From contig CAWIYV010000007.1 in NCBI GenBank assembly GCA_963840455.1, positions 352,001 through 416,000 of the forward strand: 64,000 bases of DNA, read 5' to 3'. The position numbers and the translations under genes are program-made. Source of the stretch: Nitrospirota bacterium (GTDB lineage: Bacteria > Nitrospirota > UBA9217). Of the stretch, positions 1 to 10,882 are shown one piece after another (the first letter of the stretch is position 1; each line of letters starts with the position of its first letter). The notes beneath the pieces are model-generated. The model saw only the letters and a list, made by a program, of their open reading frames with translations. It searched no databases and had not been told where the DNA came from.

Positions 1-665
1 CTCATGAAGGACGTACGGTACTTTTCGTGAGTCATAATATGGCAGCCATACGGCAGATTTGTCGAAGGGCTCTCTATTTGGAAGAGGGTAGGCTGATAAA
101 AGATGATGCAAGCGACGTTGTCGTTCATAGCTACCTTCATAATTTACCGAAAGCTGACACTTTATTAGATGTTAAGTATTTGATTTCCCGATTACCCCAT
201 GACCCTGCAATAAGATTAAATAATATCATTGTTCTGCAAGAGGGAAGAAGAGATAACCATGTTGTAACAGGAAAACCCATAGAGATAATTATTGACTACG
301 AGGTCATGAAGGAAACATATGGTCTTCGCGTTTTTATTGGATTGTATGACAATGAAGGAACATATCTCTTCCGCAGTTTTGCGCATGGCGAGGAAGAAGA
401 GCTGCGAACGGCAAAGATTGGAAGGTATATAGCAAGGGCCACCATCCCGCCTGATTTACTTGCACCAATTACCTACAAATTAGGCGTTTCGGCAGACATA
501 CGCAATGTCCGTAAATGTTTTCCCGAGGGAGTCATGATCACTCTCTTCGTCCAAGATGCAGGTCGAATAAAGAATGCATACGCTCATGGTGGACAGGTCG
601 GCGTCAAGCTTGCACCTTTTATTGCATGGTCAACGGAGTTGTATCGCGATGCGGATACTTATTGA
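1..665 (+). CDS. wzt: Polysaccharide ABC transporter ATP-binding protein with Wzt C-terminal domain (5' partial)
   Basis: The frame is open from the window edge: HEGRTVLFVSHNMAAIRQIC (H-loop region typical of Wzt), followed by an Ig-like Wzt_C region. Confidence 0.85.
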   Translation, partial: HEGRTVLFVSHNMAAIRQICRRALYLEEGRLIKDDASDVVVHSYLHNLPKADTLLDVKYLISRLPHDPAIRLNNIIVLQEGRRDNHVVTGKPIEIIIDYEVMKETYGLRVFIGLYDNEGTYLFRSFAHGEEEELRTAKIGRYIARATIPPDLLAPITYKLGVSADIRNVRKCFPEGVMITLFVQDAGRIKNAYAHGGQVGVKLAPFIAWSTELYRDADTY

Positions 666-1632
666 AGGGAAAAGTCACAAAAATTATCTCGCTAAATGCC
701 ATGAAGCATTCCGCACAGGCCTACGGGCTACCTTTGATACAAGATTGTTTGGAAAAGGATACCCCGGTTACTGGCCGTTTATCAGGACCTACACTCAGAT
801 CATAAAGAAAACTTTTCATGATTCTCAACCGGACATCCTTATTGCCCACTCCCACTTTCCAGATGACCCAAAAGGTTTTACATATGAAGGGATTTCCGAA
901 GTGTCGGCAATTAAGACATTTGTATTAGGTGATTACTGGCAAGTATCGGAACATTTCAAACAACAATTCGTCGAATATGTAAATAGAAATAGGATCGATT
1001 TTATACTTTCGTACTATATTCAGCCATTGGATATTTGGAAAGAAACATCCATTGCTGATCGATTCATCTATCTTCCTCCTACATTCGATCCGGCGATTTT
1101 CAATGACTGGCGCATATCAAAACAGTATGACGTAGGTTTCTTGGCAGCGGGAACTACAAATTACACCGATTTTTATCCGGAACGATTTGCTATCCACCAG
1201 ATGCTTCTCAAAAAGACCGACATTCGCTATCTATGGTCAGAGCATCCTGGTTGGAAGATACGTAAAAGCCATCCACTCATTGGAGTCAATTTTTCGAAGG
1301 CGATCAATTCATGCAAAATATTCATCACTACAGGTGGAATTTACAAAAATGCTCAGCCAAAAATATTCGAAGCGCTTGCATCAAAAGTCCTGCTTATGTC
1401 GGATGAGCCGCTCGGATCGAAGGAAATCGGACTTCAAGACGGAATTAACTATGTGAGAATATCGGAAAACGATGTGGTATCTAAAATCGATTATTATCTT
1501 ACGCATCCCATTAAATGCGAAGAAATAGCAGAGGCAGGATATCAATTGGCACTGCAAAAACATTCTTGCTATGCCCGGGCAATTGATTTTTACAAGAAAG
1601 TCAGTTCAAAACTTGCGGTGCCGCATGCATGA
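649..1632 (+). CDS. Glycosyltransferase (CgeB/Glyco_trans_1_2-like)
   Basis: ATG at 649 follows GGAG. C-terminal KIFEALASKVLL...EEIAEAGYQLA..HS...RA pattern matches GT-B CgeB-like proteins. Confidence 0.7.
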   Translation: MRILIEGKSHKNYLAKCHEAFRTGLRATFDTRLFGKGYPGYWPFIRTYTQIIKKTFHDSQPDILIAHSHFPDDPKGFTYEGISEVSAIKTFVLGDYWQVSEHFKQQFVEYVNRNRIDFILSYYIQPLDIWKETSIADRFIYLPPTFDPAIFNDWRISKQYDVGFLAAGTTNYTDFYPERFAIHQMLLKKTDIRYLWSEHPGWKIRKSHPLIGVNFSKAINSCKIFITTGGIYKNAQPKIFEALASKVLLMSDEPLGSKEIGLQDGINYVRISENDVVSKIDYYLTHPIKCEEIAEAGYQLALQKHSCYARAIDFYKKVSSKLAVPHA

Positions 1633-1817
1633 ATGAAGCAGATATAAAATACCCCGGTAAATAAAATGGAGGGGACATGCCCGATTTTCACAGTGGTTTG
1701 GTTATCCCTGATAGTTGTTAAATGATGATAACCATACTGAAGATATTGATCTTCCAAATGACATGATAGCCATGACGATGTCCTCTATAATGCAGCCAGT
1801 AAAAGAGAAATGCAGTA

Positions 1818-3011
1818 ATGACAAACGGTAGAAATATCTCCGAGTTACAAGGCAAGAAAGTGCTAATCGTTTTCGGCAGTCTTAAATTGGGCGGTGCCGA
1901 ACGACAGGGATTGCAGTTTGGCCGTTATCTCAGGGAATCGCAGGGGTGCCATGTTGAAGTGTGGGGCTTTAACAGTCCTGGAAGAAGCACCGAGATATGC
2001 AAAGAAACAGGCATTGCATGGAAAATCGTTCCTTTACCTTTTTCAGGTAATCGCTTGCAGGGCTGGTGGAGATACATCGAATTTGTGCAGCACTTGAGGC
2101 GTCTGAAGCCCGATGTACTGCTACCCTATACCACGGTACCGAACTTATGCTGCGCATTAGCACGGCGTTGGTCTGGTGCAAAGCTTTGCATCTGGAATCA
2201 GCGTGATGAAGGCCTAGAGCGTATGAAACCGGGCCGGGAACGCAAGGCAATCCGCCGAGCATCATATTTTATTGCCAATGCCACCATAGGTGCCGAGTAC
2301 CTAAAAAATCAGCATGGCGTCAGTAATGACAGGATACGGGTCATCCGGAACGGCATTGAACTTCCTGGCATAACGCGCGACAGGTCGATATGGCGCAACA
2401 AGTTGGGATTGCAGGAAAACGATTTTCTTGTATGTATGCTGGCCAATTTTTCCCCGTTCAAAGATCATCAAACTCTTATTAAAGCCTGGCCGTATGTTGT
2501 GCGAAAACTGAAAGAACAAGGACGTTCTGCAAAGCTGATTCTGGCTGGTCATGAGTCGACGACATTCCGGACTATGCAGGATTTGACGCTCACGATGAGA
2601 GTAGAGGATTCGGTTATATTCCCGGGATTTGTTCGGGACGTTCATCAACTGCTGCAGAGTGCTGACCTTGTTGCTTTTAGTTCTGTTTTAGAAGGATGTC
2701 CCAACGGGGTGCTCGAAGGAATGGCTGCAGGCCTTCCTGTTGTTGCTACTGATATTCCCGGAATACGCGAAGCTGTAGGGGATGCAGGGATTCAATACCT
2801 CGTACCTCCACGTGATGAGCAAAAACTGGCTGAAGTGATCACTCTGTTTGCATCGGATCCAGTGCTCAGGAATGCTGTTGGAAATGAGAATCGCAAACGG
2901 ATAGCTGAACATTTCAGCGTCCAGCGCATGCAGAATGAAATGACTGAACTTATAAATCGCCTGCTGTCATCGGTGTGTTCTAAAAGGATTAGCGTTTCGA
3001 TTTTCTTTTAA
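1818..3011 (+). CDS. GT4 family glycosyltransferase
   Basis: GGAERQ at the N-terminus; EGCPNGVLEGMAAGLPVVATD (EX7E motif). Confidence 0.9.
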   Translation: MTNGRNISELQGKKVLIVFGSLKLGGAERQGLQFGRYLRESQGCHVEVWGFNSPGRSTEICKETGIAWKIVPLPFSGNRLQGWWRYIEFVQHLRRLKPDVLLPYTTVPNLCCALARRWSGAKLCIWNQRDEGLERMKPGRERKAIRRASYFIANATIGAEYLKNQHGVSNDRIRVIRNGIELPGITRDRSIWRNKLGLQENDFLVCMLANFSPFKDHQTLIKAWPYVVRKLKEQGRSAKLILAGHESTTFRTMQDLTLTMRVEDSVIFPGFVRDVHQLLQSADLVAFSSVLEGCPNGVLEGMAAGLPVVATDIPGIREAVGDAGIQYLVPPRDEQKLAEVITLFASDPVLRNAVGNENRKRIAEHFSVQRMQNEMTELINRLLSSVCSKRISVSIFF

Positions 3012-3066
3012 ATGTCTTGTACATAATGTTTTTGTCATACAACGTGCATGAATGGAGAAAAATTTT

Positions 3067-4176
3067 ATGATATCGTTATTCAAACCCTTTTTCGGCGAAG
3101 AAGAGCTCGATGCATTGCGCCCTATCTTTCAAAGCGGTTGGATTGGACTTGGCCCCAAAACCGCCCTGTTCGAAGATAAATTTGCACAGTATGTAGGATC
3201 GGATTATTGTATTGGTCTTAATTCTTGCACTGCTGCGCTGGATCTGTCTATGCGTTTGCTCGAGATCGGCCAAGGAGACGAAGTCATTGTGCCGCCGATG
3301 ACATTTGTATCAACGGCCCACGCGGTTGCATACAATTTAGCACAGCCTGTTTTTGCGGATGTTCAATACTCGACATTGAATATTGATCCGGAGGATGTCG
3401 CTAAACGCATAACGCGCAGAACGAAAGCGATAATCGCGGTTCATTATAGCGGACGTGCAGTTGATTTGGATGCACTACGTGCCATCTCGGGCAACATCCC
3501 TATTATCGAGGACTGCGCTCATGCGGCAGGTGGTTTTTATAAAGGCCGTCATGTCGGGACGATCGGCAAAATAGGCTGTTTTTCCTTTCATGCCGTCAAG
3601 AATCTTGCCATGGGCGATGGAGGCGCTCTTGTATTGTCTGAACCGGAGTTGGCCGAGCGGGCAAAACGGCTCCGCTGGCTGGGAATAGATAAAAATACCT
3701 GGGACCGTGCTAGCATTGGTGAATCATACTGGTGGGAGTATTACGTGGATGAAATCGGGTTAAAATGCCATATGAACGATATTCAAGCGACTTTAGGTCT
3801 TGTCCAGCTCGCAAAATTAAACGCCATGAACCAAAGAAGGCGCGAAATCGTGACCAAGTACTTCGACCAGCTTCGGACGGTAACCGATATCGAGTTGCCT
3901 GAAAGTGACAATGACGTCTACCGATCGAGTTGGCATATTTTCCATATTAAATGCAACGAGCGAAACGGCTTATCGAAATTTCTTGCGGCACAAGGAATAA
4001 GCACGGGCGTCCATTATAAACCTATTCACCTCTATTCCTGTTATGGGAACAGGCCGTCATTGCCAGTGGCTGAAAAGGCATTTAACAGAATCCTGAGTCT
4101 GCCGTTACACCCGGGCATGTCGGATGGTGATGTGTATCACATATGTGATTCCATAAAAAGGTTTTATGGGAAATGA
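3067..4176 (+). CDS. DegT/DnrJ/EryC1/StrS family sugar aminotransferase
   Basis: NSCTAAL, IEDCAHA, SFHAVKNLAMGDGG (PLP lysine), LSLPLHP. Alternative start at 3052. Confidence 0.92.
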   Translation: MISLFKPFFGEEELDALRPIFQSGWIGLGPKTALFEDKFAQYVGSDYCIGLNSCTAALDLSMRLLEIGQGDEVIVPPMTFVSTAHAVAYNLAQPVFADVQYSTLNIDPEDVAKRITRRTKAIIAVHYSGRAVDLDALRAISGNIPIIEDCAHAAGGFYKGRHVGTIGKIGCFSFHAVKNLAMGDGGALVLSEPELAERAKRLRWLGIDKNTWDRASIGESYWWEYYVDEIGLKCHMNDIQATLGLVQLAKLNAMNQRRREIVTKYFDQLRTVTDIELPESDNDVYRSSWHIFHIKCNERNGLSKFLAAQGISTGVHYKPIHLYSCYGNRPSLPVAEKAFNRILSLPLHPGMSDGDVYHICDSIKRFYGK

Positions 4177-4742
4177 GTGCCCGAAATATTCATACTATAT
4201 GCGGGAAAGATATCGACCTTGTGGAGATTTCACCAGCATTTTTTGATGTCATCATTGAATGGCGAAATGATCCCGATATTAATAAATATTTTATTACACG
4301 AGATTCTTTTTCACATGAACAACAGGCGCGATGGTATGCGAAGTATGTGCAAGATGAAACTGATATGACGTTTATGATAGTTTCAAAGGCAGGGATTGTT
4401 CTCGGTATGGCAGGATTGTATAACATAGACAAGCAAGGGCGCACTGCGGAATTCGGCCGCCTGCTGATAGGAGCAAAGAAGTTCCGTGGCTCTGGCTTCG
4501 GAAAAGAGGCCAGCCGCATGCTTCTGAAGCTGGCATTTGAAACCCTGAATTTAGAACAAGTTTACCTATCAGTCTATGACTGGAATGTAAAAGCTGTTGG
4601 CCTTTACGATGCTCTTGGATTCAGAATAGAGAAAAAGATGATACTGGGTGAAGAAAACGGCAAGAAACAATCAACCTATAAAATGGTTTTGCATTCGACC
4701 AGATGGCAGGCTTCGGCGGCATCAGGCAGCGGAGGCGGGTAA
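4173..4742 (+). CDS. GNAT N-acetyltransferase (PseH/RimJ-like; probable aminosugar acetylase)
   Basis: WRND, AEFGRLLIG..FRGSGFG, N.KAVGLY..LGF. ATGA overlap with the aminotransferase. Confidence 0.8.
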   Translation: MSARNIHTICGKDIDLVEISPAFFDVIIEWRNDPDINKYFITRDSFSHEQQARWYAKYVQDETDMTFMIVSKAGIVLGMAGLYNIDKQGRTAEFGRLLIGAKKFRGSGFGKEASRMLLKLAFETLNLEQVYLSVYDWNVKAVGLYDALGFRIEKKMILGEENGKKQSTYKMVLHSTRWQASAASGSGGG

Positions 4743-4795
4743 CGATAATTAATTGAAAAACATTCAGCGAGAGATAATGCTCTCGGGAGGGTTGT

Positions 4796-5830
4796 GTGAA
4801 AATATCATTTTTGCCGGCAGGAGATGAAAATATCGCGAGTTCAAGAATACATGTATATTCTTTGCATAAAGCGCTCAGAAAAAATGGCGTAGATTCTTGT
4901 ATTGGTTTTTCAGACGACGCTGATGTCTTATTTGTTCAAAAAAAAGTTACGAGTGATATCCTCACTTGTATTTATAAGATCAAAGCGCGTGGAAAGATCG
5001 TAATTTACGATATCGATGAGTTGGGCAATGCGCTGGACTATTGGATCAAACCCAAATACCAGAAAAAAGTTTTTGAACTGGCAGATATCATCACAACAGA
5101 TACCATCGAACGCCGCGAGTATATAATAAGAAAATGGCCTCATGATCGCGTAGAGATTCTCCCGGCGTGCATTGATTATTATCCTGAGGCGCCTATGCGT
5201 TTAGATTTGAAGGATGAAAAGGTGCTCCGCGTTTTGTGGTTTGGCAGCCTAGGAAATATCGCATTATTTGAAAAATACTCATCTGCACTTGTTGCGATTC
5301 CTAATGTCGAGGTCGTGGTTGTCGCCGGAACATCTTCATCGGAGCTGAAAGACTTTGCACGCCGGTACCCTAAAATCATGTTTATTCCCTGGGCGTTTGC
5401 AAATTTCATTTCAGTGCTGCAGTCCTGCCATCTCACCTGCCTTATGCACGATGGATCGCCGATTGATCGGACGAAAACCAACAACAAAATGATTACGAGT
5501 ATTGCCTGGGGAGTACCAGCCATGGTATCACGAACACCTGACTACGAGCGTACCGCGCTAGAATCCGGGGTAGGTTATGCGATATTTGATAACGCTGCTG
5601 ACATAAGAAAGATTATCGAGCGGATGTGGTCTCCTTCCGCTAGGAATCAATATCTCGACACCGCCCAGAATTATATCTGGAATAACTATTCTCCTGAAAT
5701 ACTGCAAAAAAGGTTCTTGCACATACTTTCTGCGCATAGAATTACTAAGAATGGTTTGGGGGCGGCTATAGAGAGACTTTGGTTCGGGGTGAAAGCTTTT
5801 TCACAACATTTCGGACAATGCAGGATTTGA
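4796..5830 (+). CDS. Putative GT-B fold glycosyltransferase
   Basis: ASSR motif, FVQKK, YDIDE, KTNNK...AWGVP; glycan locus context. The last codons lie inside a duplicated GT4 fragment. Confidence 0.65.
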   Translation: MKISFLPAGDENIASSRIHVYSLHKALRKNGVDSCIGFSDDADVLFVQKKVTSDILTCIYKIKARGKIVIYDIDELGNALDYWIKPKYQKKVFELADIITTDTIERREYIIRKWPHDRVEILPACIDYYPEAPMRLDLKDEKVLRVLWFGSLGNIALFEKYSSALVAIPNVEVVVVAGTSSSELKDFARRYPKIMFIPWAFANFISVLQSCHLTCLMHDGSPIDRTKTNNKMITSIAWGVPAMVSRTPDYERTALESGVGYAIFDNAADIRKIIERMWSPSARNQYLDTAQNYIWNNYSPEILQKRFLHILSAHRITKNGLGAAIERLWFGVKAFSQHFGQCRI

Positions 5831-6214
5831 CGCTCACGATGGGAGCACAGGATTCGGTTGTCTTCCCGGGACATGTTCGGAACGTTCATCTACTGCTGTA
5901 ATGTGCGGACCTTGTTGTTTTAGTTCTGTTTTGGAAGGATGTCCCAACGGTGTTCTGGAAGGAATGGCTGCAGGTCTTCCTGTTGTTGCCACTGATATTC
6001 CCGTACTACGCTAAGCTATCGGGGATGCAGGGATACAATACCTCGTACCTCCACGTGATGAGCAAAAGCTGGCTGAAATGATCACCCTATTTGCATTGGA
6101 TCCGGTGCTCATGATGCTGTCGGAAATGAGAATCGCAGGCGGATAGCTGAACATTTTAGCATGCAACGAATGCTGTATGAGATAACGGATACATTAAATT
6201 CACTTTTGAAGTAA
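5803..6214 (+). pseudogene. Degenerate partial copy of the 3' third of the GT4 gene at 1818-3011
   Basis: Aligns base by base with ~2559-2960. Carries CAG>TAA and GAA>TAA stops and two 1-nt deletions. Confidence 0.9.
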
Positions 6215-6261
6215 ACTGGGCAATATTTTCTGATAGATGTTGATAAAAAGAAATTAATCAC

Positions 6262-7965
6262 ATGACAAAAATAACTCGCATATTTATCGAGCATCTGATC
6301 GTTAATTTATTCGGCGAAACACGGATTAAGAAAGTATTAGCACTTGCTGAGCATTTCTATGCAATTTCGCCTTTTGCCATTAAATTGCAGAGAAAGGTTT
6401 GCCCCAATTTTAAAATAGGGATGGCCATATTAGCCTATGAAAGACCCGACTATCTCCAAGTGTGTCTCGACTCGCTTTTTCAATCGAATCTCTACAATTA
6501 TGATATTACTTTTTTAATTCAAGATGACGGGTCTTCCGACCCAAGGGTAAGAAGCATTATTGAGAAGGAGCGAGATTCTCAATATAAGATAATCCGCAGT
6601 TTTACACCGAAAGGACATAACTCCTGGGGTGCAGCTTTCAATAAGGCAGTCAAGAAATTATTGGAGCTCGACAATTTTGATATCATCGGGACGTGCGATT
6701 CTGACGCCTTATTTCATCCGGACTGGCTCGACCATACACTGAAGGTATGTTTGTGGGCGAAGGAAAACCACCAGCAGAATATTTTGGGTCCCTTTTCTTC
6801 CTTCAATTCAAGCGATTATGCTTTTCATCGGGTTTTAGGTGAATATGAATCGCCTTTTGGTGGCTACGTCGTAAAAGAACGGATGGGCGCGCTCAATTAT
6901 TTTTTTTTTAAGGACGATTTTCTGAAACTTGGTTATTTTAAAGAAGATAAGAATGACGAAACTTTGATGACCATGGAATTTAAGAAGAAGAAAGTTAGAA
7001 ATTTTTGTACGACTATGAGCACTGTCGAACACGTCGGACAACTATCGGTCCTTAATCAGTGGCGACCGACACCCGTCCAAAAAGCCGTATACGGCAGTAA
7101 CCTGGCCAAGAATGGGTGGCCTGAAATTATCCACGATATCTCAACGTTCGGCTATTTAAAAGACGTCAAGCCTGCCGCGAGTCTCGGAAAAAATGTAGCA
7201 AGCGGCAGGCAGCTTGATGTCGTTATTCCTGTAATTGAAAAAGATACAGATGTGTTGCCGTATGTTATTAAAGGGGTAAGGGATAACTTGAAACATCCGC
7301 TCAATGAAATTATTATCGTAGCCCCAGATTCAGAGAAAATTAAGCTGATTTCAAAAAATATGAGATGCCGATTTGTTGATGAGAGCACAGTGTTGCCGAT
7401 CACCAAAAAGGAGATTCATTATCAAACGCAGGATTATGATCGCTCCGGTTGGCTATTCCAGCAATTATTAAAATTGTCAGGTCGTTTAATTTCTTCTCAA
7501 GAGTTCTATCTTGTTCTTGATGCTGATACCGTTTTAATCCAGCCGCAAGTCTTTGAGATAGACGGGAGGCAGCTTTTACTCCATTCCGACGAATATCATA
7601 AGCCTTATTTCGATCTTTATACCAGACTATTTGGCGTTGCAGCGCCGGTCTTTTTCTCATTTGTGAGCCACGTGATGCTGTTTGATCAGGATAAGCTGCA
7701 TCAGATTAAGACGTACCTGGAGACCAAATTTGGCAAACCGTGGTATAAAGCCATCATAGATAATACTGATAAGAATGAAGTATCGGGTTTTTCCGAATAT
7801 GAATTGTATGGGCAATGGATGGTACAAAACTATCCGAATAGGATTACCAGAGAATATTGGTTCAATGTGACATTACCACGAACCGAACTTGCTGATTTTG
7901 ATTCGAAAAAAACGGAACTGGCCAAAAAATATAGAATGATATCTTTTCATGATTATATTGTATGA
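6262..7965 (+). CDS. Two-domain glycosyltransferase (GT2-like N-domain plus DUF6492-like C-domain)
   Basis: QDDGSSD and CDSD in the N-domain; SGWLFQQLLKL, LVLDADT and FSEYELYG in the C-domain. Confidence 0.75.
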   Translation: MTKITRIFIEHLIVNLFGETRIKKVLALAEHFYAISPFAIKLQRKVCPNFKIGMAILAYERPDYLQVCLDSLFQSNLYNYDITFLIQDDGSSDPRVRSIIEKERDSQYKIIRSFTPKGHNSWGAAFNKAVKKLLELDNFDIIGTCDSDALFHPDWLDHTLKVCLWAKENHQQNILGPFSSFNSSDYAFHRVLGEYESPFGGYVVKERMGALNYFFFKDDFLKLGYFKEDKNDETLMTMEFKKKKVRNFCTTMSTVEHVGQLSVLNQWRPTPVQKAVYGSNLAKNGWPEIIHDISTFGYLKDVKPAASLGKNVASGRQLDVVIPVIEKDTDVLPYVIKGVRDNLKHPLNEIIIVAPDSEKIKLISKNMRCRFVDESTVLPITKKEIHYQTQDYDRSGWLFQQLLKLSGRLISSQEFYLVLDADTVLIQPQVFEIDGRQLLLHSDEYHKPYFDLYTRLFGVAAPVFFSFVSHVMLFDQDKLHQIKTYLETKFGKPWYKAIIDNTDKNEVSGFSEYELYGQWMVQNYPNRITREYWFNVTLPRTELADFDSKKTELAKKYRMISFHDYIV

Positions 7966-8060
7966 CCGTCGTTAAGAGCCCATCACGAAAGCTGCATTCC
8001 TGCTCAGAAGTTTGGGAATGAACATAAGCAATTGTTTATGATGTGCTTAAGGATCACATG

Positions 8061-8780
8061 ATGACCAAGGTCGGGACTCATAATGAATCAAACAGAACTG
8101 CATGGCTGGAAAGAGTTCTAAAAGGGCTCCCTCCGGGCTTGCGTATTCTCGATGCAGGAGCAGGGGAGCAGCAATATCGCATGTTTTGTTCCCATCTGGA
8201 CTATGTGTCCCAGGATTTTGCCCGGTATGATGGGAAAGGGAACAACACCGGGCTGCAGATGGGCGCTTGGGATCAGTCAAAACTGGATATTATAAGTGAT
8301 ATTTCCTCGATTCCCCTTGAGGATGCATCATTTGATGCAATCATGTGCGTCGAAGTCCTGGAGCACCTCCCGAATCCACTACTGGCAATCAAGGAGTTCA
8401 ACCGGCTGCTGAAAGAGGGAGGCCGCCTCATCATCACCGCTCCTTTTGGCAGCCTCACGCATTTTGCACCGTATCATTTCAGCACAGGATTCAACACATA
8501 TTACTATGAACAACATCTAATAGAGAACGGTTTCGATATCAGTGAAATTACTGCAAATGGCAACTATTTTGAAACGGTGGCGCAGGAAATACGGAGAATC
8601 CCGTTTGCGGCGGATAAATATTCCCATGAGAGAATCTCAATTGTTGAGAGATTATGCATCAAATATCTCCTGAAGATGCTTCAGAGGCTGAGCGACAACG
8701 ATACCGGGTCAAGCACCCTTCTTTGCCACGGATATCATGTTCTCGCCAGAAAAACGACGGCTGCTGTTCAACGCCTATGA
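8061..8780 (+). CDS. Class I SAM-dependent methyltransferase
   Basis: ILDAGAGE, FDAIMCVEVLEH, LKEGGRL. Start could be 8058. Confidence 0.85.
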   Translation: MTKVGTHNESNRTAWLERVLKGLPPGLRILDAGAGEQQYRMFCSHLDYVSQDFARYDGKGNNTGLQMGAWDQSKLDIISDISSIPLEDASFDAIMCVEVLEHLPNPLLAIKEFNRLLKEGGRLIITAPFGSLTHFAPYHFSTGFNTYYYEQHLIENGFDISEITANGNYFETVAQEIRRIPFAADKYSHERISIVERLCIKYLLKMLQRLSDNDTGSSTLLCHGYHVLARKTTAAVQRL

Positions 8781-9775
8781 CAAATAATCACCATTCTCCA
8801 GATAGCGCACCGGCATCCTTCCAGGCCCCTCTCGTCAGCGTTGTACTCCCTGTCTACAACGGCGGAGCATATTTTGCGGAATCAATTCAAAGTATCCTGA
8901 CGCAGACCTATACGAACATTGAACTGATCGTCATCGATGACGGTTCGACCGATAATTCTTCCGAAATCATAAGAACATTCCCTGATCCGAGGATCCGGTT
9001 CTATGGCCAGTCAAATCAGGGCTTGCCTGCCACTCTCAATAGAGCTATTCGACTGTCAAATGGGAAATACATTGCAAGACAGGATGCAGATGATGTATCG
9101 TTTCCCATGCGGATTCAGAGACAGGTTGATTTTTTTGAACGGAATCCCGAATACGGAGTTGTGGGAACATGGTCAAAAATCCTTGGCGGGGTAAAAGACA
9201 GGGGACGAGGACACAGGCACCCTATTGACAATGAGAGGCTGAAATTCAACCTGCTCTTTGACTCGTATTTTGTCCACAGTTCTGTCATGATGAGAAAGAG
9301 TGTCATCGACAAAGTCGGCTTTTATGCAACTGATAAAAGCCGGCAGCCGGAGGATTTTGAGCTTTGGTCGCGCATCGTTCGCGATGGGCAGTTCAAAGTA
9401 GCAAACATCTCGGAGGTACTGGTCGTTTATCGAGAAGTTGCAGGCAGCATCTGCCGAACAGGTAAAAACCCGTTTTCCGACAACCTTATGACGTTGTGCA
9501 CAGAGAATATCGCATGGGCTTCCGGGAGATCTGTTAGCGATTCAGCTGTCAACGACCTTTCGGCTATCGTTCACCATGTTCCGCACCGGCTATCATCAAA
9601 GCCGGATTTCTCGGAAATGTGGATAATTTTGCAGGAATCGGCTATCAAAGCAGGAGGTGGTTTACATGCTCAATTACGGAGCGAAGTTAAGGGCCGATAT
9701 AAATCAATTAAACATGCCTATTATCGAATTCGATTAGGAATATGGCTCAGATCGCTATGTGGTTCTTCCCGTTGA
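8777..9775 (+). CDS. GT2 family glycosyltransferase
   Basis: VSVVLPVYN, IDDGSTD, RQDADD, EDFELW. ATGA overlap with the upstream gene. Confidence 0.9.
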   Translation: MTNNHHSPDSAPASFQAPLVSVVLPVYNGGAYFAESIQSILTQTYTNIELIVIDDGSTDNSSEIIRTFPDPRIRFYGQSNQGLPATLNRAIRLSNGKYIARQDADDVSFPMRIQRQVDFFERNPEYGVVGTWSKILGGVKDRGRGHRHPIDNERLKFNLLFDSYFVHSSVMMRKSVIDKVGFYATDKSRQPEDFELWSRIVRDGQFKVANISEVLVVYREVAGSICRTGKNPFSDNLMTLCTENIAWASGRSVSDSAVNDLSAIVHHVPHRLSSKPDFSEMWIILQESAIKAGGGLHAQLRSEVKGRYKSIKHAYYRIRLGIWLRSLCGSSR

Positions 9776-9945
9776 ATGATAAGGATGGGAAAGGGGACTA
9801 ATCACTCAGAACTCAGAATTGAAGTACAGTTTCAAAAGACCTCATGATAACTGCATGATGCATCTCACAGGATGATCAATCTACGACTGACACGACCAAA
9901 GTCATGAGTGCGCCATTAAATTATGAGACAGGGAGATAAATTTCC

Positions 9946-10650
9946 GTGAAGTTACGCAATCTCGCAGAGAAAATACTCACAAGAGTGGGATGGCAAAACT
10001 ATCATAAAAGCTATTCTCAGATGGGCGAAGATTTGATAATAGCCTATCACCTTAAAACACGCGGGTTTCACTTGGGGAAAATTCGATATCTCGATATTGG
10101 TGCGTGTGCGCCAACAAAACTTAGCAACACTTATTACTTTTATAAGCAGGGCTCATCCGGTGTTTTGGTTGAACCGGATAAATGTCTGACAACTTTGCTC
10201 AGAAGAGATCGGCCACGAGACCATATATTGAATGTGGGAATCTCAAAAGAAGAGAAGGATGAAGCCGACTTCTACGTTACGCAGCCGCCTACCCTGAATT
10301 CATTTTCTAAAAAAATGGCGGATTTCGTCAATAGTGAGGAAGGTCGGAAGGCATACGGTCAAGACGTTCGCGTGAAGGAGGTCAGAAAAGTTAACCTTGT
10401 CAACATTAATACAATAATGAAAAGCTGGTTCAATAATGCGCCGCCGGAAATACTATCGATTGATGCAGAAGGACTTGACTGGGAAATATTGTCATCATTG
10501 AATTTCGATTTATATTCACCGTATTGTGTCTGCATAGAAGTCAATCAACACTACGAAGAAGTGAAAAATCTTCTGGAGATGAGAGGATATTGCATGATAG
10601 GCTACAATCAGCTTAATGTCATATTTATGAAGCATCGTCAGTGCGACTAA
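9946..10650 (+). CDS. FkbM family methyltransferase
   Basis: YSQMGED, YLDIGA..P...SNT, LSIDAEG; GTG start after GGAG. Confidence 0.85.
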   Translation: MKLRNLAEKILTRVGWQNYHKSYSQMGEDLIIAYHLKTRGFHLGKIRYLDIGACAPTKLSNTYYFYKQGSSGVLVEPDKCLTTLLRRDRPRDHILNVGISKEEKDEADFYVTQPPTLNSFSKKMADFVNSEEGRKAYGQDVRVKEVRKVNLVNINTIMKSWFNNAPPEILSIDAEGLDWEILSSLNFDLYSPYCVCIEVNQHYEEVKNLLEMRGYCMIGYNQLNVIFMKHRQCD

Positions 10651-10882
10651 AAAAATATAGATAATTATCGATCCGATTTTGCAATATAGGGACCAGGGCA
10701 CTTCTTGAAATGTAATATCTTTATGCAGCGTTATTGAATAACACTAGCGATTATCAAGAGAAAGAAAAACGATGTGACAGGTCGCTATCACGGTACTTTT
10801 GGCAAGAGGCCCTATCCTGCATACATTGCACCCTGCATCTCAGAGAAAATCAAATAGATTGAAAAGTATCCTGCAATTGCAT

